Source: Phycisphaerales bacterium
GTDB taxonomy: Bacteria > Planctomycetota > Phycisphaerae > WQYP01
Assembly: GCA_027451365.1 (NCBI GenBank)
Contig: DAIDJN010000059.1
Coordinates: forward strand, 1 to 64,000
DNA: 64,000 nucleotides
Direction of reading: 5' to 3'
Every line of letters starts with the position of its first letter. The first letter of the stretch is position 1. The position numbers and the translations under genes are program-made. The notes beneath the pieces were generated by a model. The model did no database searches. It had not been told where the DNA came from and worked only from the letters and a program-made list of their open reading frames with translations. Positions 49,255-58,444 of the stretch are shown here, piece after piece.

Positions 49255-49459
49255 CAAATAAGAATGCGGGCGGATGATTTTGCGGGTTCTTGTGAAACCA
49301 CTAGTACAACCCACTGGCATTATGGAAGTGTGTTGTCGCGTCCGGTCGTTTGCATGACGGCTTTTTTACCGTGCACTGTACTGCAAAAAAGGTGTAAAGT
49401 TTAGTTTTTCGAGCGCCGGTTGTACAACGGCCCGAGTCTATTTTAAGGAGTATCTACCC

Positions 49460-49777
49460 ATGGCTAAATCCAACTCATCTGAGCAGGGGCTTGCATCTGC
49501 GTGCTCGTTGTTCAAACTTCTGTCGGACAAGACCCGCCTTCAGATAGTTCTGCATCTGGCACAGAGCGAATGCACAGTGACCGGACTTTGCAAGGACCTT
49601 AAGCTTCCTCAGCCAACGGTCAGTCACCATCTGGGGCTGCTGCGGATGAACCGTCTGATCATCAACAAGCGCAATGGTAAGCAGGTGATTTATTCACTTG
49701 GGGCACAGGCAAAAAGCGTCAAAAGCGGCCTGAAATTTGCAGTCGCCCCTTATTCCGTTTCCCTTGATCTGAACTAA
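49460..49777 (+). CDS. ArsR/SmtB-family transcriptional regulator
   Basis: FKLLSD.TRLQI...QPTVSHHL.LLR...R.GKQV.YSL; TAAGGAG RBS. Confidence 0.93.
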   Translation: MAKSNSSEQGLASACSLFKLLSDKTRLQIVLHLAQSECTVTGLCKDLKLPQPTVSHHLGLLRMNRLIINKRNGKQVIYSLGAQAKSVKSGLKFAVAPYSVSLDLN

Positions 49778-50034
49778 GCCGCGTCAGTGGAATCGTCCTC
49801 TCACGATCTTCTCCATTTGAAACGCATGCGGTTCGGGTTAACTACCGCCATTTTAGCAAATGCTTCGCCCGCCCTGGATTTTTCCGGGGCGGGCATCGGC
49901 ATTGCGCAGGGTGAACGCATTTCATTCGCCTTTTGATATGTCGCGTTTAATTCGCTGCGCAGCGTAAATATGAATGCTGTTCGCACGGGTGCTGGCCTTG
50001 ACGGATGGCCTCCTGTGCCTGCACCATAGTCACG

Positions 50035-51348
50035 ATGCGATTGCCATCCGCAAAACCTGACGCCTACCAGCCGGAAAACAACGGCTGCACTGTTCCCACG
50101 CTCGAAATGCTGCTGACGCCTGACGGACAGCGCCTGCTTGAGGCCGCGCGCGCTCATATGGCCGATTGCCAGAACGAACAGCCCTCCATCGCTCAAATTG
50201 AACGCTGGCGTCGGGAATTTTCACCGGAATTGGTGCATACCGCATTGGTTGTCGCTCGGGCGGCAAACGCGGCCGGAGGCCAGCGCGGAAAATTTCCTCA
50301 TACGCCTCCTGACCTTCTGTTCTGGGCGGTTCCCGAAGCACTGGAACAGGCCACTTCAGCCGCAGTGGCCGATTACAAAGCACAAAAACTGCTTTCCCTT
50401 TTGCCCGCAACCACCACCATTTTTGACATATGCTGCGGCATCGGCGGTGACACCCTTTCTCTGGCCCGTTATGCGCCCGTGGAGGCTTGGGAAATCAATC
50501 CTCAGCGAGCCTGGATGGCCCGCAGAAATGTCCGCCGGAATGGGCTTTTTCCAGTGATTGTGCATCAGCGCGACATCCTTGAGGCGGATATTCCAGTGCT
50601 TCCACATTGCGCCTACCACTTGGACCCGGCTCGTCGCTCCGGCGGTCGAAGACTGAATGTAAATTCATCCATGGTTCCCGATCCGTGGCGAGTCATTCAG
50701 AGGCTGAATTTCTGCACCGGAGGAATGGTCAAACTTAGCCCCGCTATTGATTTTTCCACTCTCCCGCCCGGACATCTGGAAATTATCAGCCACGAGCGCA
50801 GCGTCGTGCAGGCGGTGCTCTGGACGCGCGCGGCTGGCGAATCGCTCGGTTGCAATCTGCGCACTGCGACCGGAATTACCCGAGACGGAAATATCTGGTC
50901 TTTTTCAGGATCGCCCGGTTTTCCGACCACTCTGCATGAGCCGGCGGAATGCGTTTATGAATTAGATGGCGCACTGACACGTTCTGGTCTTGCGGCCACA
51001 TTTATCATCCAGACAGGTCTTATGCCATTGACCGTAGATGGCGGCTACGCCACTGGGATTGCGCCATCGCCGCATGCCGCTCTGGCTGAGTTTAGGGTTC
51101 TCACCGTGATACCTTATAGCCCGCAACGAATTGTCCGCTGGCTCAAAAGTCAGCCGCCCGGTGCCATGACATCTGCGCCCGTAGTGGAAGTAAAAACCCG
51201 AGGCGGCCTCGGTCTGGATACAGATCGTCTACAGCGGGAGTGGTCTGGTGCCGCACGTGAATCATGTACTATTCTGATTTATTCCGCCCGCGGCGGGCAG
51301 ATGGCCATTGTAGCCCGCAGACCGACAGTCTGCGGGACATCGGCTTAA
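50035..51348 (+). CDS. Class I SAM-dependent methyltransferase with a THUMP-like C-terminal domain
   Basis: ALEQAT, DICCGIGGD, DPARR and VKLSP motifs; start uncertain (50005-50107). Confidence 0.8.
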   Translation: MRLPSAKPDAYQPENNGCTVPTLEMLLTPDGQRLLEAARAHMADCQNEQPSIAQIERWRREFSPELVHTALVVARAANAAGGQRGKFPHTPPDLLFWAVPEALEQATSAAVADYKAQKLLSLLPATTTIFDICCGIGGDTLSLARYAPVEAWEINPQRAWMARRNVRRNGLFPVIVHQRDILEADIPVLPHCAYHLDPARRSGGRRLNVNSSMVPDPWRVIQRLNFCTGGMVKLSPAIDFSTLPPGHLEIISHERSVVQAVLWTRAAGESLGCNLRTATGITRDGNIWSFSGSPGFPTTLHEPAECVYELDGALTRSGLAATFIIQTGLMPLTVDGGYATGIAPSPHAALAEFRVLTVIPYSPQRIVRWLKSQPPGAMTSAPVVEVKTRGGLGLDTDRLQREWSGAARESCTILIYSARGGQMAIVARRPTVCGTSA

Positions 51349-53102
51349 TACCAAGCCTTGCCGGCGCTATGCGGAAAGCCCTTAAAGCCGTAGCATTTCC
51401 ACAGGGCCAGCCCTTTCATGAAAACGCCATGGTAGTACAGATGAATCATTCGCATTTTTCCCACCCTTGTAAATGCGGGGAGAATCAGGTGATGAAATAC
51501 ACTGGGTGAAAACCAGCCAATGAGGACCGCGTTCCGGCCCGCGAAGCGCAATTTTCCGGTCGATGGGTTGATCTGATCAATGCCCGGCCAGAGGTTAAAT
51601 TGACTTTCGCGCCCGCCCGTCAGGCTTTGAATGCAATACACAAACGGGTGGCCCGGTAGATAGAAGCTGATGGAACTCGCCTCATCCCAACGGTCGGCTA
51701 TTACCAGTGGAAGTTGTCCGTTTCTGGTCCGCATGGACATTCGGACTTTATTCACCGCCAGCCCCCGAATGCGTAGATCGTGGAGGCGAAACGCCGGGTC
51801 CCACCGCACCGCGGGAAACTTTGTTCCTGTCGGATCAAGGCGGGCTGCCAGCGGATAGAATCGCTGTGTATTTTCCGCCAGCACATAAAGGCAGAATCCG
51901 AATACCACCGCCGTAATCAGCCATCGGCGGTAAAGCTTGTTTTCCCGCGGCCTATTCCAACGCAACGTCGCCACACCGGCCAATAGAATCATAGCTGAAA
52001 AATATCCTGCCGCCGGCCAATTCGGTTGAACTTTCGTCCATAAACTTAGAACAAAATAGAAGCCAAACAGCGGCAGAGCCAGGCTCAGCAAAAGCGCCCA
52101 ATGTGCCGTTTCCACCGCCGCAGGCTGCCTGCGGCAAATTTTGACCGCATCCACAAACGCCAGAATCAGCAGCACAAATACAATGCCGGCACAAATACCC
52201 GCCTGTGACCCGAGATATAGCCCGACCTGGGCGGGAATATGTTCCAGATGTTTAATCATATTGAAATGGCCTTCCAGGCCGCCCTCTCCTCCTATGTGGC
52301 GGAACATGACCCAGTTATGGGCTGCATTCCATACGAGTGTCGGAATCTGTATGGCCAGCATCAGGAGAACCGCGCCCAGGCTGTGCCATGTTGCCAGCTT
52401 CTGTCTTAAATAGCTGTTAAATATTGCCGCCAGGACCAGCGAAGGCACCAGAAAAAGCGGGATCGGCTTGCACAAAATTCCCAGACCGGCCAGTAATCCA
52501 GCCAGATAAAGCCACCACGCCGAGGCGTGCTTACCCGGCTGTTCCACCACGTTCCCTTCCTTGTCGCGGTTGGGTTCTACCGCCAGCCACACACACAGGC
52601 TTGCCAGCGCCCAACTTAAATACATTGGCGAATCAATTGTCATGAGAAGGGATCCAATCGCAAATACCGGCATACCCGCTGACAGCACCATCAGCATCAG
52701 GCAGGTGCGGTCGTCGCGGAACATCCGCCTCGCCAGTACCAGACTTGCCAATCCGCTTATACATGCAAATATGACCGCCGGCGTGCGAATGACCGGCATC
52801 GTGGCATGAGTCGCGCCAAACCAGCGGCCGACCACAATGGCCGCATGAATAATGGCGGCTATGCCCGGCCCTTTGGAATAGTAGCCCCACGCCAGGTGTT
52901 TCGACCAGAGCCAGTAATGGCTTTCATCCTCGGTCAGATCAAACGGGCAGTGATGATATAAAAACATCAGATTGGAAAACAGGCCGAATGCCAGAATTCC
53001 CAGTGCTGTGCGGAATGCCCATGGCCGCCGGATCGTTGGCCGCACCTTCTGGCCCCAAAATGAATCCGCCGCGATGCCCGACTCAGGTTGTGTGTCTGTC
53101 AT
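51345..53102 (-). CDS. ArnT/GT39-GT83-like membrane glycosyltransferase (GT-C)
   Basis: DESHYW.WS.HL.WGYYSKGPG, TIDSP, GILCK, P.LVWN...NW and QPNW motifs; many TM helices. Confidence 0.88.
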   Translation of the reverse strand: MTDTQPESGIAADSFWGQKVRPTIRRPWAFRTALGILAFGLFSNLMFLYHHCPFDLTEDESHYWLWSKHLAWGYYSKGPGIAAIIHAAIVVGRWFGATHATMPVIRTPAVIFACISGLASLVLARRMFRDDRTCLMLMVLSAGMPVFAIGSLLMTIDSPMYLSWALASLCVWLAVEPNRDKEGNVVEQPGKHASAWWLYLAGLLAGLGILCKPIPLFLVPSLVLAAIFNSYLRQKLATWHSLGAVLLMLAIQIPTLVWNAAHNWVMFRHIGGEGGLEGHFNMIKHLEHIPAQVGLYLGSQAGICAGIVFVLLILAFVDAVKICRRQPAAVETAHWALLLSLALPLFGFYFVLSLWTKVQPNWPAAGYFSAMILLAGVATLRWNRPRENKLYRRWLITAVVFGFCLYVLAENTQRFYPLAARLDPTGTKFPAVRWDPAFRLHDLRIRGLAVNKVRMSMRTRNGQLPLVIADRWDEASSISFYLPGHPFVYCIQSLTGGRESQFNLWPGIDQINPSTGKLRFAGRNAVLIGWFSPSVFHHLILPAFTRVGKMRMIHLYYHGVFMKGLALWKCYGFKGFPHSAGKAWY

Positions 53103-53119
53103 GCCGTTGTATCCGTCTT

Positions 53120-53515
53120 TTAATCCTGGTTCGCCCGGTCCACAGGAGGCCGGTTCTCGATTGGCCGTGCGTAATGCCCCCGGAATTTCTCCACCGGATA
53201 TTTAACGCGGTTCCGTATCATTTTGGCTTCCGCGGCTGCGGAAAGATCAATGTCCAGCCTGTTTGCCAATGAAATAATATACATTAGAACATCTGACATT
53301 TCGTCGGCCACAGCCTGCCGGAATGCCCAGTCGCCCAAGCGAGCGGTCGACTCATCTTCGCCCAGCCATTGAAACAATTCCAGCAGTTCGCCCGCCTCTA
53401 CCGCCGCGCTGACCGCCAGATTCCGCGGCGTGTGAAATTTTTCCCATTGCCTCTCGGCTACAAATTCCTTCATCATGATCCGCAATTGAGCCACTGTCGT
53501 CTGGTCATCTGTCAT
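53120..53515 (-). CDS. MazG-like nucleotide pyrophosphohydrolase (dCTPase type)
   Basis: ER.W.KFHTPRNL...EAGELLE.FQW...DEMSDV...N..KYP. Confidence 0.92.
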   Translation of the reverse strand: MTDDQTTVAQLRIMMKEFVAERQWEKFHTPRNLAVSAAVEAGELLELFQWLGEDESTARLGDWAFRQAVADEMSDVLMYIISLANRLDIDLSAAAEAKMIRNRVKYPVEKFRGHYARPIENRPPVDRANQD

Positions 53516-53608
53516 AACGCCGCCAATATCATGAAATTCAATTTAAGCCTCTGTTGTCCGCGCATTCCGCTGGCTGCGGCGAAACGCCGCCCGTTGCCGC
53601 AGGATGTT

Positions 53609-54544
53609 TTACGGTTTGGCCTCTATCGGATCCACCGTCGCGACAGTATACCAGTCTGCCACACGCGATTGCTTTCGGCAGTCCAGACAGGGAATGCCGC
53701 CTTGGCTCAGGTCCGTACCGCAATGGCCGCACCGGCCATGGTTTTCAAACAGGTCCACTGGTTGCTGGCAATGGGCGCACGTCCAGCACGGACCTAGCGG
53801 TGGGTTTGCATGGCAATTAGGACAGGTTGGTCCCTGGCGACGCGCGATTTTCTGGATGGTCTTCATTGCCCCGCTGATGCGGAATCCCTGCCATGCGGTG
53901 AACATCAGAAACACCGCCATGAAGATGCTCCAGCTTTGATGGTATTGAATCGCCCAGAATAAAAAGGCAGCGGCGCCAATGATCCCGATAATTGCCGCGA
54001 TTCTAAGAGCGTTTGCCTCACCTATTACAAACCATAGACAACTCATAAGAATCTGCCCGCCATCCAGCGGATAGACCGGCATGACGTTGAAGACCAAAAT
54101 GACCAGATCAATGTTGAACATGGCGGCCATGAATCTTTGCACGCTGTACGAGATCCCAATATGAGCCGCCATCGGTGAATGTGCCGCAAGATACAGGATC
54201 GGCAGCAGTGCTACATTCACCAATGGCCCCGCCGCAATAGTCCAAAGCGTTGCTCCTGGCCGACGCGGGGTATCCACATACGCCACGCCGCCCAGCGGCC
54301 AGAGCACAATGGTATCCGCTTTGCCGCCCACACTCCGACAAGCCAGCGCATGTCCGAATTCGTGCATCAGGACAATACCAAACAGGCCCAGAAGCCCCGC
54401 GATATTTAATGCGGTATTGTGCCGGCTGATCAGGCCTGTCGTGACCAGATAATAGGCCGCCAGCAGCCACAACCAGTTCAAATAAACGTCAATTCCGAAT
54501 GCGCGGAACAGGCGGATAGATCCATTTCTTATGGCGCCAAACAT
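53609..54544 (-). CDS. M50 site-2 protease with C-terminal zinc-ribbon repeats
   Basis: HEFGH, AGPLVN and FN.MP.YPLDGG motifs, then four CxxC pairs. Confidence 0.92.
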   Translation of the reverse strand: MFGAIRNGSIRLFRAFGIDVYLNWLWLLAAYYLVTTGLISRHNTALNIAGLLGLFGIVLMHEFGHALACRSVGGKADTIVLWPLGGVAYVDTPRRPGATLWTIAAGPLVNVALLPILYLAAHSPMAAHIGISYSVQRFMAAMFNIDLVILVFNVMPVYPLDGGQILMSCLWFVIGEANALRIAAIIGIIGAAAFLFWAIQYHQSWSIFMAVFLMFTAWQGFRISGAMKTIQKIARRQGPTCPNCHANPPLGPCWTCAHCQQPVDLFENHGRCGHCGTDLSQGGIPCLDCRKQSRVADWYTVATVDPIEAKP

Positions 54545-54722
54545 GGCAGACTCCTGTGCTTGCGTCGCAACGTGTCATGAAGAATGACGAATTCCGCCCA
54601 TGCCATGCGACCCAATTTAATTGTAGAGGCTTTATATCCGTCCGGCGAGTCCACAGGTGATTCTTTTTGGAGTCCGATGTGCCACCTTTCGGGTTTCCGC
54701 CATGACCGGAAATAATCCATGG

Positions 54723-55604
54723 CTATCCAATTGCGGGCGGAAGTTCAAACAAGCCAAGCTGTTCACCGGGCAGCGCCTGTCGGCGCTCGCTGGAAAGCCA
54801 TTCGGTTCGCTGGTTTTGATGTGCCAGTGTCAGAATGGGCGCAAGGCGCGGGTCCTGCCTGAACAGCCTCTGGACAATGGCCGGCGAATTGCATTGCCTG
54901 CTTCTATGCAAAAGCACCAGATGCCGCGGCCATCTACCTGCGCCGAGCCGCGCTTCAGTTAAATCCAGGATATCCTGCACCGCTTCAAATGCTTCCTCAT
55001 TGGACAAATGCCCGCGGCCGCCCATGATTCGCTTTTTCACCCGATCCGACCGGCGGCTGGCAAGCTGCATGTCCGGATCATAATTGCTTTCCATCGCCAG
55101 CAGGTCCACACCGGCGAACAAATCGATCAGTTCAACAGGCACCCGGCCCAGGTCTGTCGCAAATCCAAGTCGGCTGCCCCTGTATTCAAATACAAACCCC
55201 TGACTTCCCTGCTTATCATGTGGCAGTCGCAATGTGCGGCAATGCACTTCTGGAAATATGTTAAATGGTTCAGTTCCGAATAATGTGATCAGTGGCTGCA
55301 ATGGCTTAAGCAGCTTCTGCTGACGCGCCAGCCGTCGCAGGTCTTTGGCGTGTCTTTCCGGACAATACACCTTTATTTCCTGCCGACAAATGCTGCTTAG
55401 CCAGGCGGGGCTGAAATGATCTGAATCCAGGTGTGTCAGGCAGATCGCGCGAATGTCCGCAACCGCAATTCCCGTGCCGGTCATGCGTTTATCCGTCGCG
55501 CGCGGGCCAATGCCCGCGTCAATTAGCGCACACTGGCCATCGGCCCGCAGCAGTGTTGCGTTGCCCGCTGACCCACTGGCCAATACACAAAATTCCAAAG
55601 CCAT
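54723..55604 (-). CDS. YycJ/WalJ-like metallo-beta-lactamase-fold hydrolase
   Basis: LASGSAGN, IDAG, THLDSDH, PHD, TDLG, ESNYD and GHLSN motifs. Confidence 0.88.
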   Translation of the reverse strand: MALEFCVLASGSAGNATLLRADGQCALIDAGIGPRATDKRMTGTGIAVADIRAICLTHLDSDHFSPAWLSSICRQEIKVYCPERHAKDLRRLARQQKLLKPLQPLITLFGTEPFNIFPEVHCRTLRLPHDKQGSQGFVFEYRGSRLGFATDLGRVPVELIDLFAGVDLLAMESNYDPDMQLASRRSDRVKKRIMGGRGHLSNEEAFEAVQDILDLTEARLGAGRWPRHLVLLHRSRQCNSPAIVQRLFRQDPRLAPILTLAHQNQRTEWLSSERRQALPGEQLGLFELPPAIG

Positions 55605-55615
55605 TCAGTGGTCCC

Positions 55616-56971
55616 TTATGCCGCTGGCAATACCGGTTGTGGTTGCCAGTTCCACATTGCCATCAGTCCGGCGCCCCACAGCACCAGCGCTCCGTACGTC
55701 ACCAGGCCCAGGTTCCGCAGAATATAAAATGGCGGCGGTAAAACCGTAAAAATATGTGACAATGCAAAAAATATCAGAACAAAGCCCAATCCCCGGCCGA
55801 TAGGAAGTTTCTGATCGTATTCCCATTTTGCCGCCAGCAATGTAAGCACCAGGGGCAGCACCATGCAAAAATAATGTGGATGGCATATTGGAATAATCGG
55901 CAGCATAATCACGATCAAGGTGCCCAGGAACAGATTCCGAAATATCGCATCGTCCTTTCGTCGCAGCCGCTCCACAAGAAGCGTCACAGCCACCAGCACA
56001 AAAGAAATAATCCAGTGCGCCAGTTTTTCGCCTTTATCCGGCGCGGGCGTTTTTTCACCTAAGTGCATGGTATGATCAATCATCGCCAGAAAGGATGTGG
56101 AATCGGTTTTGTTTACATCCAGCAGTTCGCGCCCACGGCTCTGGTTATGGTTCAGCCCCAATGCCGGCTCAAGCACCACTTGATTGAGCGTTTTATACGC
56201 GGCCATCATCGGCCGCGGTCCCATGACCGCCAGTGGAATGATTGCCACGCCCAATATCACTCCCGCCGTCGCGCCCAGTAAAACCTTCCAGCGCAGCCGC
56301 CAGATTCCATAAAGCACCAGAAACGCGGGAAATATTTTAATCGCCGCTGCAAGTCCCAGTGCAAAGCCGGCCCGCACTTCCTTGCGACAAGCCAGAGCCG
56401 CTCCGGCCATGCAGAACAGCATTAACAGAATGGAATTCACCTGTCCGCGCACCAGCGCTCGGCCCAGCGCCGGCAGGCAGACAAGAATCGGAATAATGCG
56501 CAAAGCCCACCACCGCCGACATAATCGCGGCTGGTTCCGCACCTGCGGGTCCTGGCTGGCTTTTTCCAGCGCGGCCGCCAAACTGCAGGCTCCCAGCCAG
56601 ACAGCTAGAATACCGACCACATACCATATAGCCACCGACACCGCATAAGGCAGCAGGCCTGCCCGGCTTTGTCCGGCCGGCGCATCAGCCAAAGGATATA
56701 GACCAATCGCCAGTAGCGGCGGATAATTATAATGCCAGTGATTCGTATCGGTAATATCATACGGATTCTGGTGCACGCGCACCGCCCATGCCGCGCGAAA
56801 ATAGGTGTCCACGTCCGTCATTCGTCGTTTCAGAAATGCGGACCGGATTTCCGTTACCGTGCCGAATGCAATGACTCCGATCAGAAGCGCGATCAGGCCA
56901 AGGCGTTCGAGCTTGCCGAGCGGGTCAAAAGCGCCGGTGGAATCAGATGGTGCTGTGGGTTGTGTCATCAC
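55616..56971 (-). CDS. GT87/DUF2029-family membrane glycosyltransferase
   Basis: D...Y..AA, YNYPP, GQVN, IKIFPA and HPHY motifs; many TM helices. Confidence 0.85.
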   Translation of the reverse strand: MMTQPTAPSDSTGAFDPLGKLERLGLIALLIGVIAFGTVTEIRSAFLKRRMTDVDTYFRAAWAVRVHQNPYDITDTNHWHYNYPPLLAIGLYPLADAPAGQSRAGLLPYAVSVAIWYVVGILAVWLGACSLAAALEKASQDPQVRNQPRLCRRWWALRIIPILVCLPALGRALVRGQVNSILLMLFCMAGAALACRKEVRAGFALGLAAAIKIFPAFLVLYGIWRLRWKVLLGATAGVILGVAIIPLAVMGPRPMMAAYKTLNQVVLEPALGLNHNQSRGRELLDVNKTDSTSFLAMIDHTMHLGEKTPAPDKGEKLAHWIISFVLVAVTLLVERLRRKDDAIFRNLFLGTLIVIMLPIIPICHPHYFCMVLPLVLTLLAAKWEYDQKLPIGRGLGFVLIFFALSHIFTVLPPPFYILRNLGLVTYGALVLWGAGLMAMWNWQPQPVLPAA

Positions 56972-57047
56972 TCAAATTTCTTGTTGTTATGTCGCCCGTT
57001 ATCCGGAATCTTTATGCGAATATTTAGACCAATCAACGCACTGCTCG

Positions 57048-58142
57048 TTAAAGTGTTTCCGCCGCCCGCGGGAAACTGCCGAGCACCGCCAGTTGCAGGC
57101 AATGCTGTTTGGCTTCTGTCAGCGCGGCCTGCACCTTGGTATCCTCCACATGTCCAAGCAGGTCCGTGAAAAAATAATACTCAAAATTTCGTTTCTGGCT
57201 CGGCCGGGTGTCAATATTCGTCAGATTGATATCATGCCGCCGAAAAACATCCAGCACATCGACCAGAGCGCCGCTCTTATGAGCGGTCGTGAAAATGATT
57301 GAGGTTTTATCATCCCCGGTGCGCCGCGCCGGCTGTCGGCCAATGACCATGAAACGTGTGGCGTTATTCGGGTTATCTTCAATGTTGGCAAACAGCGTCT
57401 TAAGTGAATAAACTTCCGCCGCCAGGGATGAGCCGATGGCCGCAGCGCCCGATTCTTGCGCAGCGAGTTCAGCCGCCTTGCTGCTGGACCCGACCGGAAT
57501 CCGCCGCGATTCGGGCATGGTGGCATTCAGCCATTTGCGGCATTGGTCCAACACTTCGGGCTTGGAATAAATAATTTTCACCTGTTCTGGCGGGCACATT
57601 GCCAGCAAGTGGTGATGAACCGCTATTACCACTTCCGCCACGACGGTAACCTGTGGATGGTCGATGAACGCATCCATGGTTTCCATAATGCCGCCTATAA
57701 TGGAATTTTCGATTGGTGCCAGCCCTAAATCCGCGTGGGATCGCGAAATTTCATCGAATACCGTGGTAATATCGGTGACTGGAACGTGTGTGACTGATGA
57801 GCCGAATTTTTTTACTGACGCCAGATGAGAAAAACTTCCCGGCGGCCCAAGGAAGGCAATTCGCAATGGCTTTTCCAAGGCGAAGCTGCCCGACATTAAT
57901 TCGCGGTAAATAGCCTCCAGACATGAATCCGGCAGAGGACCGCCGACGGCCTTGTTTGAACGGCGTATTTTTTCCAGAACGATTTTTTCCCGGTCTGGCG
58001 CGTAAATGGGCGCATTGGACAGATGTTTGACTTTCCCGATTTGTACCACTATGCGCGCACGGGCATTCAAGAGTTCAACAAGTTTTTCGTCCAGTTCGTC
58101 GATCTGCCGGCGAAGCGGGGCCAATGATTCATCTTGTGACAT
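57048..58142 (-). CDS. pheA: Chorismate mutase / prephenate dehydratase (P-protein)
   Basis: LR.QIDELD..LV.LLN.R, LGP.GSFS, PIENS, N.TRF and an ACT domain (GAL..VL..F....INLT.I..RP). Confidence 0.96.
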   Translation of the reverse strand: MSQDESLAPLRRQIDELDEKLVELLNARARIVVQIGKVKHLSNAPIYAPDREKIVLEKIRRSNKAVGGPLPDSCLEAIYRELMSGSFALEKPLRIAFLGPPGSFSHLASVKKFGSSVTHVPVTDITTVFDEISRSHADLGLAPIENSIIGGIMETMDAFIDHPQVTVVAEVVIAVHHHLLAMCPPEQVKIIYSKPEVLDQCRKWLNATMPESRRIPVGSSSKAAELAAQESGAAAIGSSLAAEVYSLKTLFANIEDNPNNATRFMVIGRQPARRTGDDKTSIIFTTAHKSGALVDVLDVFRRHDINLTNIDTRPSQKRNFEYYFFTDLLGHVEDTKVQAALTEAKQHCLQLAVLGSFPRAAETL

Positions 58143-58350
58143 GCCTATCCTCTTGCGGACCCATGGCAGATTTCCGGTCCCTTCCGGTCTGCAAAATCCA
58201 TTTTATGTTACTGGCGGGGCGGGGGGGTGGCAAACCGGCGCTAATTGGTCTCAACACGCCGCCCATTACTTTGCCCGGCAACCGACCGGCCCGATAGCCG
58301 CGGCAAGGGCTTTCACCAAATGGCATAAAAAAAAATTGAGAACAGAACGG

Positions 58351-58379
58351 AAAAAGCCGGCACATTGGCCGGCTTTTTT
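58351..58379. terminator. Intrinsic terminator (bidirectional) ending the glycosyltransferase operon
   Basis: AAAAAGCCGGC-ACATTG-GCCGGCTTTTTT. Confidence 0.85.
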
Positions 58380-58444
58380 CAGGAGATGTCAGAATACGTT
58401 CAAATGGGATGGATGTTCCGGCAAACCCGCCGGATGAGGACAGC

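Noticed and set aside
53807..53826. CPNCH as a heme c site in the M50 protease
   Set aside because: It is one of four CxxC pairs typical of zinc ribbons, with no cytochrome fold or distal ligand evident.
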